Shown: piece by piece, positions 55,532-64,000 of the stretch | How the letters are laid out: every line of letters begins with the position of its first letter | Numbering within the stretch: position 1 is the first letter of the stretch | DNA from: Patescibacteria group bacterium | GTDB lineage: Bacteria > Patescibacteriota > Patescibacteriia > Patescibacteriales > UBA12465 | Direction: 5' to 3' | NCBI GenBank assembly: GCA_041661685.1 | Contig: JBAZTY010000003.1 | Span: forward strand, 69,550 to 133,549 | DNA length: 64,000 nucleotides | The notes under the pieces: model-generated | Seen by the model: only the letters and a program-made list of their open reading frames with translations | Database searches by the model: none | Told to the model about the DNA's origin: nothing | Made by a program: the position numbers and the translations under genes

Positions 55532-58500
55532 TTATTTCCCGTAGTCCATTCTCGCTTTCTTGCCCTTATAGCCGGTTCCAGCCGGGATTAGACAACCGAT
55601 AATGACATTTTCCTTCAGGCCTTCAAGGTAATCGATCTTGCCGTTAACCGCGGCATCAATCAAAACGCGAGAAGTTTCTTGGAAAGAAGCGGCTGACAAG
55701 AAGCTATCGGTCGTTAAGGATGCCTTAGTGATACCCATCAACAAACGATCAGCCTTAGCCGGATTCTTCAGACCCTTATTGGCCTGCTCAAGAACTTCTT
55801 CTTCGACGGTTTCGCCCGACAAGACCGTAGCGTCTCCAGCATCAGTAATCAGGTAGCGGGAGAACATCTGGCGCGCGATGATTTCGACGTGCTTATCATT
55901 CAAAGGCTGGCCCTGAGAACCATAAACGTATTGGATTTCCTTGATGATGTATTTCTGAGTTTCTAAGCGGCCTTTCAACTTGTACAACTCGCGCAGATCA
56001 AGGCTGCCTTCGGTTAGCTGCGTGCCTCTCTCGATCGCTTCGCCGTCTTTAACCATCATCATCGTGCCCTTCAGGATCGGATATTCCTTAACCTTCTCGA
56101 CTTCCTTGGCGACGGAGATGAATTTTTCGGTGATAGTGGCGACGCCGGCAGTCTTGGCTTTGACGATTTCCGCTCCAACCTTGAATAATTCGGTGTTCTT
56201 AGAAACCGCTTCACCGTCTTTGACTAAGACCTTAATCTCTAATTTCTTGGTATCTTTAGTGCTTAGTCCTCCGGCTAGCTTAAGCTCATTAACCTTCTCG
56301 GAGAAATAATATTTATCATGATCCTTGCCTTTATAGTAGATACTCAAGATCTTAGTCTGAGGATTATTAACGGAAATCTCCTTGCCATCCTTGTCCTTGA
56401 TGATCTTCTGAGCGAATTCGATCTTAACCTTGCCGGTAACATCAGAGATAAGAGCTTTCTTCTTCGGACTGCGCGCTTCAAAGATTTCTTCGACGCGAGG
56501 CAAACCTTGGGTAATATCATCCTGGCCGGCGACACCTCCAGTATGGAAGGTTCTCATCGTCAGCTGCGTGCCCGGTTCGCCGATAGACTGCGCGGCGATA
56601 ACGCCGACGGTCGCGCCCATCTTAACCTCCTTATTGTAAGCTAAGTCCCAGCCATAGCATTTCGCGCAGATACCCTTATGCATCTTGCAGCTCAGTACGG
56701 AACGGACGCAAGCGTGTTCGATGTCCTTAGTCTTTAATAATTTGATATTGTCTTCATTCAAGAGCTCTCCGGCTTTCAAGATTGCCTTGCCCTTATTGTC
56801 TGCTAAATCTTTAGCCAAGAAACGGCCGGTCAAACGTTTGAAGAAGTCTTCGCCATTCTTCTCGATTTCCGCGCGGTTCAGATCGAGACCGACAGTGTCG
56901 CCGCAATCGTCATCGGAAATGATAATATCCTGAGAAACATCGACTAAGCGACGAGTCAGATATCCGGCGTTAGCGGTTCTAAGAGCGGTATCAGACAAAC
57001 CTTTGCGGACACCGTGAGTAGAAATAAAGTATTCGAGAACACCGAAACCTTCTTTGAAGTTTCCTTTAACCGGAAGTTCGAAAATAGCGCCGGACGGAGA
57101 GGTAACCAAACCTTTCATACCTAAAATCTGAACCGGCTGAGCCCAAGAACCGCGGGCTCCGGATTCGATCATGGAATAAACCGGCAAGATATTGATTAAG
57201 CCTTTCTTACAGATAGTGGCAATCTTATCCTTAGTCCCGGTCCATTCTTCAATGACTTTGGCATAGCGTTCGCTCTCGGTCAGCAAACCTTCATTATACT
57301 GTTCTTGAATGAGCTCGACTTTCTTATTCGCCTCCTCGATCAATAAATCCTTCTCTGGTAAGCTCGGCAGATCGCCGAAACCCCAAGACAGGCCGGATTT
57401 AGTGATGAAAGAGAAACTGCGATTCTTTAAGCCGTCGATGAATTTAACGGTCTCTTCTTCGCCGTATATTCTCAAGCATTCACGAATCAAGTCTTTCAAT
57501 TTACCTTTGCCGACGACTTCGTTAAGATAACGCAGTTTTTCCGGCAACAAGGAATTGAAAGTCAAACGGCCGACAGTAGTCTTTAGCATCTCGCCGTCAT
57601 ATCTCACATTGATAGCCTCATGCAAGCCGATACCATTGCTTTCATAAGCTAAATAAGCCTCATCTTCATTATAAAAATAATGCATGTCCTCGACTTTCTT
57701 GTCGGCATAATCGGCCTCCACTAAAGTAATATAATAAGTTCCCCAGACGATATCCTGAGCCGGAGTGACGATTGGATCGCCAGTCGCCGGTTTCAATAAG
57801 TTATGGGAAGACAGCATCAAGGTTTCCGCCTCGTGCTTAGCTTCTTTAGTTAAAGGCACATGGACAGCCATCTGGTCGCCGTCGAAGTCGGCGTTAAAAG
57901 CCGTACAGACAAGCGGATGGATCTGAATAGCCTTACCTTCAATCAGGATCGGACGGAAAGCCTGGATGCCTAAACGATGCAAGGTTGGAGCGCGATTTAA
58001 TAAAACGAAAGCGCCTTTAATAATCTCTTCTAAGATATCCCAGACCTCATCATGCCCAGCCTCCATATAGCGGGAAGCGCTGCGGACATTATGGACTATT
58101 TCTCTCTTAATAAGCTGGGAGATGACGAACGGCTTGAATAATTCCAAGGCCATGATCTTTGGCAGACCGCATTGGTCCAAATTCAAACGCGGATTGACGA
58201 CGATGACGGAACGGCCGGAGTAATCGACGCGCTTGCCTAATAAGTTCTGGCGGAAACGTCCCTGCTTGCCTTTTAAAGTATCGGCCAAAGATTTCAATTG
58301 GCGTTTCTGACCGGTCGAGGCGGTGACAGTCTTGGTATGGCGGGCGGAATTATCAATCAAAGCATCAACCGCTTCCTGAAGCATGCGCTTCTCATTACGG
58401 CAGATAACTTCCGGAGCGTTCAAGTCCATCAATTGCTTCAAGCGATTATTGCGGTTGATAATACGGCGATAAAGGTCGTTAAGATCGGAGGCCGCGAAAC

Positions 58501-59464
58501 GGCCGCCGTCTAACGCGACCATCGGGCGCAAATCCGGAGGAACTACCGGCATGACCGTCATAATCATCCATTCCGGACGAATATTATTATTGCGCAGGCC
58601 CTTCAATAATTTCAGGCGCTTCACTAATTTCTCTTTCTTGGAATCGACCGCACCAGTCAATTTATCTTCTAGAGAATTAATACTCTTTTCTAGATCAATC
58701 TGGGCGAGCAATTTGCGGATAGCTTCAGCGCCGATAGAGGCTTCAAAGATATGGCCGAATTTCTGGCTCAATTCCTGATATTGCTGTTCGCTCATGATCA
58801 AAAGCGGTTTCAGTTCTTTCAGTTCCTTCTGAACCTGACCAAAATCTTCTTCCAAACGAGCTAAACGTTCTGCTTTCGCTTTGATAGCTTCTTTGACCTC
58901 CTTGTTATTATCATCAGCCTTATCATTCTCTTCCTTAATCTTCTTGACCTGGACATTAAATTCATTATCGATGCTCTTTAATTTAGATTTATATTCAGCC
59001 TTAATCTGATCGATAGTAGATTCTTTCAAGGCTTCGTCGACTTCAGTGACGATGAAGCTGGCATAATAGATGACTTTCTCTAAAGACTGGATACCCAAGC
59101 CTAAGAGCAAGCCGATCTTAGAAGACAGCCCTCTTAAGAACCAGATATGAGAAACTGGAACCTGTAAAGTAATGTGGCCTAAGCGTTCGCGACGAACAAT
59201 GCTGCGAGTGACTTCGACGCCGCATTTATCGCAGACGATTCCCTTATAGCGGATTTTCTTATACTTGCCGCAAGCGCATTCCCAGTCCTTGGTCGGACCG
59301 AAGATCTTTTCGCAGAACAAGCCGTCTTTTTCCGGCTTCTGTGTGCGGTAGTTGATGGTTTCCGGCCGCGTTATTTCTCCGTGAGACCAATCAAGGATCT
59401 CTTCAGGACTAGCCAACTTGAGGCGGATGGCGGCGAAATCGCTGGTTTTTATCGGATTTAACAT
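55532..59464 (-). CDS. rpoC: DNA-directed RNA polymerase beta' subunit
   Basis: ORF 55532..59515; start taken at [22 protein letters not shown]. Zn-binding CxxC motifs and the NADFDGD catalytic motif. Confidence 0.9.
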   Translation of the reverse strand: MLNPIKTSDFAAIRLKLASPEEILDWSHGEITRPETINYRTQKPEKDGLFCEKIFGPTKDWECACGKYKKIRYKGIVCDKCGVEVTRSIVRRERLGHITLQVPVSHIWFLRGLSSKIGLLLGLGIQSLEKVIYYASFIVTEVDEALKESTIDQIKAEYKSKLKSIDNEFNVQVKKIKEENDKADDNNKEVKEAIKAKAERLARLEEDFGQVQKELKELKPLLIMSEQQYQELSQKFGHIFEASIGAEAIRKLLAQIDLEKSINSLEDKLTGAVDSKKEKLVKRLKLLKGLRNNNIRPEWMIMTVMPVVPPDLRPMVALDGGRFAASDLNDLYRRIINRNNRLKQLMDLNAPEVICRNEKRMLQEAVDALIDNSARHTKTVTASTGQKRQLKSLADTLKGKQGRFRQNLLGKRVDYSGRSVIVVNPRLNLDQCGLPKIMALELFKPFVISQLIKREIVHNVRSASRYMEAGHDEVWDILEEIIKGAFVLLNRAPTLHRLGIQAFRPILIEGKAIQIHPLVCTAFNADFDGDQMAVHVPLTKEAKHEAETLMLSSHNLLKPATGDPIVTPAQDIVWGTYYITLVEADYADKKVEDMHYFYNEDEAYLAYESNGIGLHEAINVRYDGEMLKTTVGRLTFNSLLPEKLRYLNEVVGKGKLKDLIRECLRIYGEEETVKFIDGLKNRSFSFITKSGLSWGFGDLPSLPEKDLLIEEANKKVELIQEQYNEGLLTESERYAKVIEEWTGTKDKIATICKKGLINILPVYSMIESGARGSWAQPVQILGMKGLVTSPSGAIFELPVKGNFKEGFGVLEYFISTHGVRKGLSDTALRTANAGYLTRRLVDVSQDIIISDDDCGDTVGLDLNRAEIEKNGEDFFKRLTGRFLAKDLADNKGKAILKAGELLNEDNIKLLKTKDIEHACVRSVLSCKMHKGICAKCYGWDLAYNKEVKMGATVGVIAAQSIGEPGTQLTMRTFHTGGVAGQDDITQGLPRVEEIFEARSPKKKALISDVTGKVKIEFAQKIIKDKDGKEISVNNPQTKILSIYYKGKDHDKYYFSEKVNELKLAGGLSTKDTKKLEIKVLVKDGEAVSKNTELFKVGAEIVKAKTAGVATITEKFISVAKEVEKVKEYPILKGTMMMVKDGEAIERGTQLTEGSLDLRELYKLKGRLETQKYIIKEIQYVYGSQGQPLNDKHVEIIARQMFSRYLITDAGDATVLSGETVEEEVLEQANKGLKNPAKADRLLMGITKASLTTDSFLSAASFQETSRVLIDAAVNGKIDYLEGLKENVIIGCLIPAGTGYKGKKARMDYGK

Positions 59465-59486
59465 ATATATATTAATTACGAATTTA

Positions 59487-62400
59487 TTATTCTTCGTTAG
59501 CAATTTCGCTGACATTTATGTCCGCGACTATCTCCGGCTTGTCGTAAGCGAATTTCTCGTCCGCCTTAATTTCTTCGTCGATATCAGTGACGACTTCCGA
59601 AGCCGGATTTCCTCCGGCGCTATCCAATAATTGAACATTGAGACCCAAGCCCTTCAACTCGCGAATAAGCACATTGAACGATTCTGGAACGTTGAGCTTC
59701 TCAATCTCTTCGCCCTTGATAATCGCTTCGTAAGCCTTGCTGCGTCCAGGAACGTCATCAGATTTGATCGTCAACATTTCCTGCAAAGTATGGGCAGCGC
59801 CATAACCTTCGAGGGCCCAGACTTCCATTTCTCCGAATCTCTGGCCGCCGAATTGCGCCTTACCTCCTAAAGGCTGCTGTGTGATCAAAGAGTAAGGACC
59901 GATAGAACGTTGATGAATCTTATCCTCAACCATATGGTTGAGTTTAAGCACATATTTATAACCGACGGTAATCTTATTATCATAAGGGGCACCAGTTTTG
60001 CCATCATAAAGATAGATCTTCCCGTCTTCTGGTAGACCCGCCGCTTTCAGTTCGCCTTTGATTTGCGCTTCAGAAATTCCGTTCAAAGCCGGGGTCATAA
60101 CGCGATAACCTAATTTCTGAGCGGCAAAGCCCATATGAGTTTCAAGCAGTTGCCCTAAATTCATACGAGAGATAATGCCTAACGGAGATAAAAGGACATC
60201 AATCGGAGTACCATCTTCCATGAAAGGCATATCTTCAATCGGCACGACGCGGGAAATAACACCCTTATTTCCATGGCGCCCGGACATCTTGTCGCCGACC
60301 TGGATCTTTCTTAAGTTAGCGACCGCGACCTGAATGGATTTCAAAACACCGGCTGATAACTTATCACCTTCTTCACGAGAGAATATCTTAATATCAACGA
60401 CTTTTCCGTGCTCGCCGTGCTCTAAGTACATGGAAGAGTCACGGACATCCTTAGCTTTCTCGCCGAAGATCGCGCGTAATAATTTTTCTTCAGCGGACAG
60501 AGTAGTTTCACCCTTCGGGGTGATCTTGCCGACGAGAATATCGCCGGAAGAAACTTTAGCGCCGATGCGGATAATACCTTCTTCATCGAGATTCTTTAAT
60601 TTCTCCTCGCTGATGTTCGGGATATCGTTAGTGATAACCTCCGGACCGAGCTTAGTATCGCGAACATCGATGGTATAGTTCTCAATATGGATAGACGAAT
60701 AAACATCTTCTTTCACTAAGCGTTCGGAAATGATGACCGCATCTTCATAATTGAAGCCTTCCCAAGTCATAAAAGCGACTAGGACGTTGCGGCCTAAGGA
60801 CAATTCGCCGTTGTCGATCGCCGGACCGTCGGAAAGGATATCTCCTTTCTTAACCTTCTGATCAACGTCGACAACCGGGTGCTGATTGATACAGGTAGAA
60901 GAGTTGGAACGCAAGAATTTATTCAATTTATAAGTAATAACTTTGCCTTTCTTATCAGTCAATTCAATCATGCCGGCGTCAGCCTTAGTGATCACACCGT
61001 CTTCATCGGCAATGACAACATGGCCGCTATCGCGAGCTGCGCGCGCTTCAATACCGGTGCCGACGATAGGCGCTTCTGACTTAATTAAGGGGACGGCCTG
61101 GCGTTGCATGTTTGTACCCATCAAAGATCTCTGGCCATCGTTATGTTCCATGAACGGAATAAGGCTAGTTGCGACCGAAATGATCTGATTAGCGGCGAGC
61201 CCGACGAAATCGATCTTAGAAACTTCCGACATGCCCGGCTGGCCGTTCTTTCTGACTTCATGTTTAGTCACAATGAAATAACCATCCTTATCGGTCGGGA
61301 TAGTCGCATCGACAGTGATATATTTTTCTTCTTCAAAAGCGTCTAAGTAAACGACCTCGTCAGTAACTCTGGTTCCCTTCTTATCATGAGCAGTTTTTCT
61401 ATAAGGGGTTTCTAAGAAACCATAAGTATTCAAACGAGCATAGCTGGCCAAGTGGCCGACTAAACCGATATTCGGGCCTTCCGGGGTAGCGATCGGGCAG
61501 ATGCGGCCGTAGTGAGTCGTATGAACATCGCGGACATCAAAGCCGGCGCGTTCGCGAGTCAAACCGCCCGGACCCATAGCTGATAAGCGGCGCTTATGCT
61601 CTAATTCCGCGAGCGGATTAGTCTGATCCATGAACTGGGATAACTGAGAAGACATGAAGAATTCGCGGACGACGCCGATAACCGGACGAGCGTTCACGAG
61701 CTTGGAAGGAGTAAGAGAGGCGACTTCGGAAGTGGACATGCGATCCTTGATGATGCGTTCCATTCTCGCTAAGCCGACACGGAAACGATTCTGAATGAGC
61801 CCGCCGATAGCGCGGATGCGGCGATTGCCTAAATGGTCAATATCATCTTCCGGCTCTTTAACGATATTTAATCTAATAATTTCCTTAATGATCAGGACTA
61901 AATCTTCCTTACGCAAGATTCTGTTCTCTTTCTTATTGGCTGGTAAATCAAGCGTAAAACGGCGATTCAATTTATAGCGGCCGACACGGCCGAAATCATA
62001 ACGGTCAAAACGGAAGAACATGGAATGGATGAGCTGGCGGGCATTATCGACAGAGGCCAGATCTCCTGGACGGATGCGGCGATAAACTTCCTGAAGGCCT
62101 TCTGCCTCATTCTTAGCAGCATCTTTCTCGATAGTCGATTCGATATAGCCCTTCTCATCCTTACTCTTAACTAAATCGATATCAGCGAATAATTTTATCA
62201 ATTCCTCATCAGTTTCATAACCGAAAGCTCTTAATAAAGAGGTGACGGCGACTTTTCTTTTTCTATCAATGCGCACCCAAAGAACCTTATTAGCATCGGT
62301 CTCGATTTCGAGCCAAGCGCCGCGATTCGGGATGACTTTAGCGCCATAGCATTTCTTGCCCTTGATAAATTCAGCAGTGAACATGACACCGGCGGAACGG

Positions 62401-62789
62401 ATCAACTGAGAAACGACAACTCTTTCAATACCGTTGATAATGAAAGTTCCTTTATCGGTCATGAGCGGGAAATCGCCCAAAAAGACTTCCTGATTCAGGG
62501 AGCGTCCGCTTTTCTTATTTAATAATCTGGTTTTAACGCGCAAAGGCGCTTCATAGGTGATATTCTTCTCACGGCTTTCTACCTCGGAGAATTTCGGTTC
62601 ATCCAGATAATAATCTTCAAAATATAATTCTAAATCGCGGCCGATGAAATCGGTCACCGGATTTATCTCGTCAAAAAGTTCAGCTAAACCTTCTTTTAAA
62701 AACCACTTATAGCTATCCGTCTGGATCTCGATTAGGTCCGGCATCGGCATGACCTCGGCCAGCTCGGAAAATGATTTTCGTTTAGACAT
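59487..62789 (-). CDS. rpoB: DNA-directed RNA polymerase beta subunit
   Basis: ORF 59487..62831; start taken at MSKRKSFSELAEV. Conserved RpoB blocks throughout (the Rif region and ...GDKMSGRHGNKGV...). Confidence 0.9.
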   Translation of the reverse strand: MSKRKSFSELAEVMPMPDLIEIQTDSYKWFLKEGLAELFDEINPVTDFIGRDLELYFEDYYLDEPKFSEVESREKNITYEAPLRVKTRLLNKKSGRSLNQEVFLGDFPLMTDKGTFIINGIERVVVSQLIRSAGVMFTAEFIKGKKCYGAKVIPNRGAWLEIETDANKVLWVRIDRKRKVAVTSLLRAFGYETDEELIKLFADIDLVKSKDEKGYIESTIEKDAAKNEAEGLQEVYRRIRPGDLASVDNARQLIHSMFFRFDRYDFGRVGRYKLNRRFTLDLPANKKENRILRKEDLVLIIKEIIRLNIVKEPEDDIDHLGNRRIRAIGGLIQNRFRVGLARMERIIKDRMSTSEVASLTPSKLVNARPVIGVVREFFMSSQLSQFMDQTNPLAELEHKRRLSAMGPGGLTRERAGFDVRDVHTTHYGRICPIATPEGPNIGLVGHLASYARLNTYGFLETPYRKTAHDKKGTRVTDEVVYLDAFEEEKYITVDATIPTDKDGYFIVTKHEVRKNGQPGMSEVSKIDFVGLAANQIISVATSLIPFMEHNDGQRSLMGTNMQRQAVPLIKSEAPIVGTGIEARAARDSGHVVIADEDGVITKADAGMIELTDKKGKVITYKLNKFLRSNSSTCINQHPVVDVDQKVKKGDILSDGPAIDNGELSLGRNVLVAFMTWEGFNYEDAVIISERLVKEDVYSSIHIENYTIDVRDTKLGPEVITNDIPNISEEKLKNLDEEGIIRIGAKVSSGDILVGKITPKGETTLSAEEKLLRAIFGEKAKDVRDSSMYLEHGEHGKVVDIKIFSREEGDKLSAGVLKSIQVAVANLRKIQVGDKMSGRHGNKGVISRVVPIEDMPFMEDGTPIDVLLSPLGIISRMNLGQLLETHMGFAAQKLGYRVMTPALNGISEAQIKGELKAAGLPEDGKIYLYDGKTGAPYDNKITVGYKYVLKLNHMVEDKIHQRSIGPYSLITQQPLGGKAQFGGQRFGEMEVWALEGYGAAHTLQEMLTIKSDDVPGRSKAYEAIIKGEEIEKLNVPESFNVLIRELKGLGLNVQLLDSAGGNPASEVVTDIDEEIKADEKFAYDKPEIVADINVSEIANEE

Positions 62790-62948
62790 AGGACTTATAT
62801 TTATGTAAATATAGAGAAAAACAAAAAACAAAAAAAATCTCTTAACAAAAAAATCCCCACCCCAATTTGGTTTGAGTTTCGTGTTTTATTAAATTAATTT
62901 ATTTTTTGGTAAATCACTTTTTAGATAAAAAAGTGTTAAGATATTCCT

Positions 62949-62977
62949 ATAATATTATAATATTTATTATTTGTCAA
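62949..62977 (-). promoter_or_regulatory. Candidate sigma70 promoter for rpoBC (TTGACA, 17 nt spacer, TATTAT) on the minus strand, overlapping the 3' end of murE
   Basis: Reverse complement of 62972-62977 is TTGACA and of 62949-62954 is TATTAT. The AT-rich leader extends to the rpoB start. Confidence 0.3.
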
Positions 62978-64000
62978 TACACATCTTCTCCACAATCTCT
63001 TCCCTGACGACTTCCCGGTCATCCCAAGGGATTTTCCGGCCATTTTCGACACAAATGAATTGCTCCGCACCTTTCCCCGTTAAAAGGACTAAATCACCAT
63101 TTTCGGCTAATTCTAGAGCTTTTTTTATAGCCTCCCGCCTATCAAAAATCTTGAATAGATTCTTATTAAGCTCCTTGCCGGCAGTCTCGACTCCGGTGGC
63201 AACTTGGTTGATTATTGAGGCCGGGTCTTCATCATAAGGGTCTTCGTTGGTGATAACTATAAAATCGGCATATTTAGCCGCTAAACTGCCTAAAATCGGC
63301 CGGCGCGCTTTATCCCTTCCCCCGCCAGTCGAACCAAGAAGATGGATAATCTTATTATGAGGCAGAAACTCAAGCGTCTGGTAGAGCTTAATCATCGCTT
63401 CCGGCTCAAAAGCATAATCAACGATGACGGTAAAATCTTGTCCGGCGTTAATAATCTCCATTTTTCCGGCCAAGCCCCTGATCTCTTCCAAACCAGATTT
63501 TATCTGAGCAAAACTGAGTTTCTGATTAATGCCAACAGCGGCCGTCGCTAAGGCATTGATAGAGTTAAATTCTCCCAATAATTTAAGACTGACCGATTGG
63601 CCATCGACAGTCATCTTCGTGCCGCTGCCACTCGCCTCCACCTCCGCGCCGCGCACGAGCGTAAAATCTTTTATTATCGCTTCGCCCGTCAGCTTATTCG
63701 ACAAAGAAACGATAGAGACTTGAGGATTCAGAGTATAAGCCATCTTTGTTTCCGCTCGGAAATTCAAAAAATAATCAGCATTCTCATCATCGCCATTAGC
63801 AATAATCGTCTTTAGAACACGGGTCAAATCCAACTTCTTAAGCTGACTGGCTGGCTTAGTCACTTGATGTTCATCATTAATATATTTTGTCCGGCAATTC
63901 TTTAGATGCTTAAATAACTTTCCTTTAGCGGCACGATAATTCTCAAAACTGCCGTGTGCCTCGATATGTTCTGGATAAAGGCCAGTGAAGACAAGCGTAT
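62967..64000 (-). CDS. murE: UDP-N-acetylmuramoyl-tripeptide synthetase (MurE-type Mur ligase), partial; the N-terminus lies beyond the window end
   Basis: The C-terminal domain motif LLGSTGGGRDKARRPILG resembles MurE GGDRDKGKRPLMG. The reading frame stays open upstream of the annotated Met to position 64000 (...EHIEAHGSFENYRAAKGKLF...). Confidence 0.6.
   Translation of the reverse strand, partial: TLVFTGLYPEHIEAHGSFENYRAAKGKLFKHLKNCRTKYINDEHQVTKPASQLKKLDLTRVLKTIIANGDDENADYFLNFRAETKMAYTLNPQVSIVSLSNKLTGEAIIKDFTLVRGAEVEASGSGTKMTVDGQSVSLKLLGEFNSINALATAAVGINQKLSFAQIKSGLEEIRGLAGKMEIINAGQDFTVIVDYAFEPEAMIKLYQTLEFLPHNKIIHLLGSTGGGRDKARRPILGSLAAKYADFIVITNEDPYDEDPASIINQVATGVETAGKELNKNLFKIFDRREAIKKALELAENGDLVLLTGKGAEQFICVENGRKIPWDDREVVREEIVEKMCIDK

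Noticed and set aside
1-64000. CRISPR arrays, rRNA genes, and transposases or integrases
   Set aside because: No regularly spaced direct repeats, no rRNA-like conserved stretches and no recombinase-like ORFs were seen on either strand.

Overview
This 64 kb window reads like a small, gene-dense bacterial genome of the CPR/Patescibacteria type. GC is about 45%. The standard genetic code is in use, because rpoB, rpoC, leuS and recG are intact with no in-frame stops. Coding is almost entirely on the minus strand, apart from recG and a DsbA-like gene followed by a pyruvate:ferredoxin oxidoreductase (por) operon. Metabolism appears fermentative: pyruvate:ferredoxin oxidoreductase plus an ADP-forming acetyl-CoA synthetase.

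Confident housekeeping calls are recG, radA, metK, ahcY, a PfkB kinase, rsmA, leuS, xth, porCDAB, rnhA, recJ, lepA, murJ, ACD, rpoC, rpoB and a partial murE.

The accessory content stands out in five places. (1) Positions 10.5-17.8 kb hold a split phosphotransfer locus. It comprises a stand-alone PEP-synthase-type ATP-grasp domain, a histidine-phosphatase (RHG) protein, and three tandem divergent paralogs that each end in a PEP-utilizer phosphohistidine swivel domain. A cytidylyltransferase-family gene sits in the same operon. This looks like a disassembled PEP synthase / rifampin-phosphotransferase-like kinase system and is the best candidate for an undescribed system. (2) The por operon is invaded by two paralogous secreted, Cys-rich proteins with a VirB2/TrbC-like two-helix hairpin. 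One is fused to a VanY/M15 peptidoglycan peptidase. (3) A T4SS-like module sits next to radA: a PrgI/VirB3-like protein and a VirB4 ATPase split into two in-frame ORFs. (4) A block of surface and membrane genes includes a VirB6-like 866-aa protein and a 2741-aa Cys-rich giant protein ending in a PKD-like domain. (5) There are tRNA-Ser(GCU), tRNA-Arg(GCG) and a non-canonical tRNA-like element.

No rRNA, CRISPR array or obvious transposase was seen. All calls are from reading the ORF translations and the DNA directly. No searches were run.
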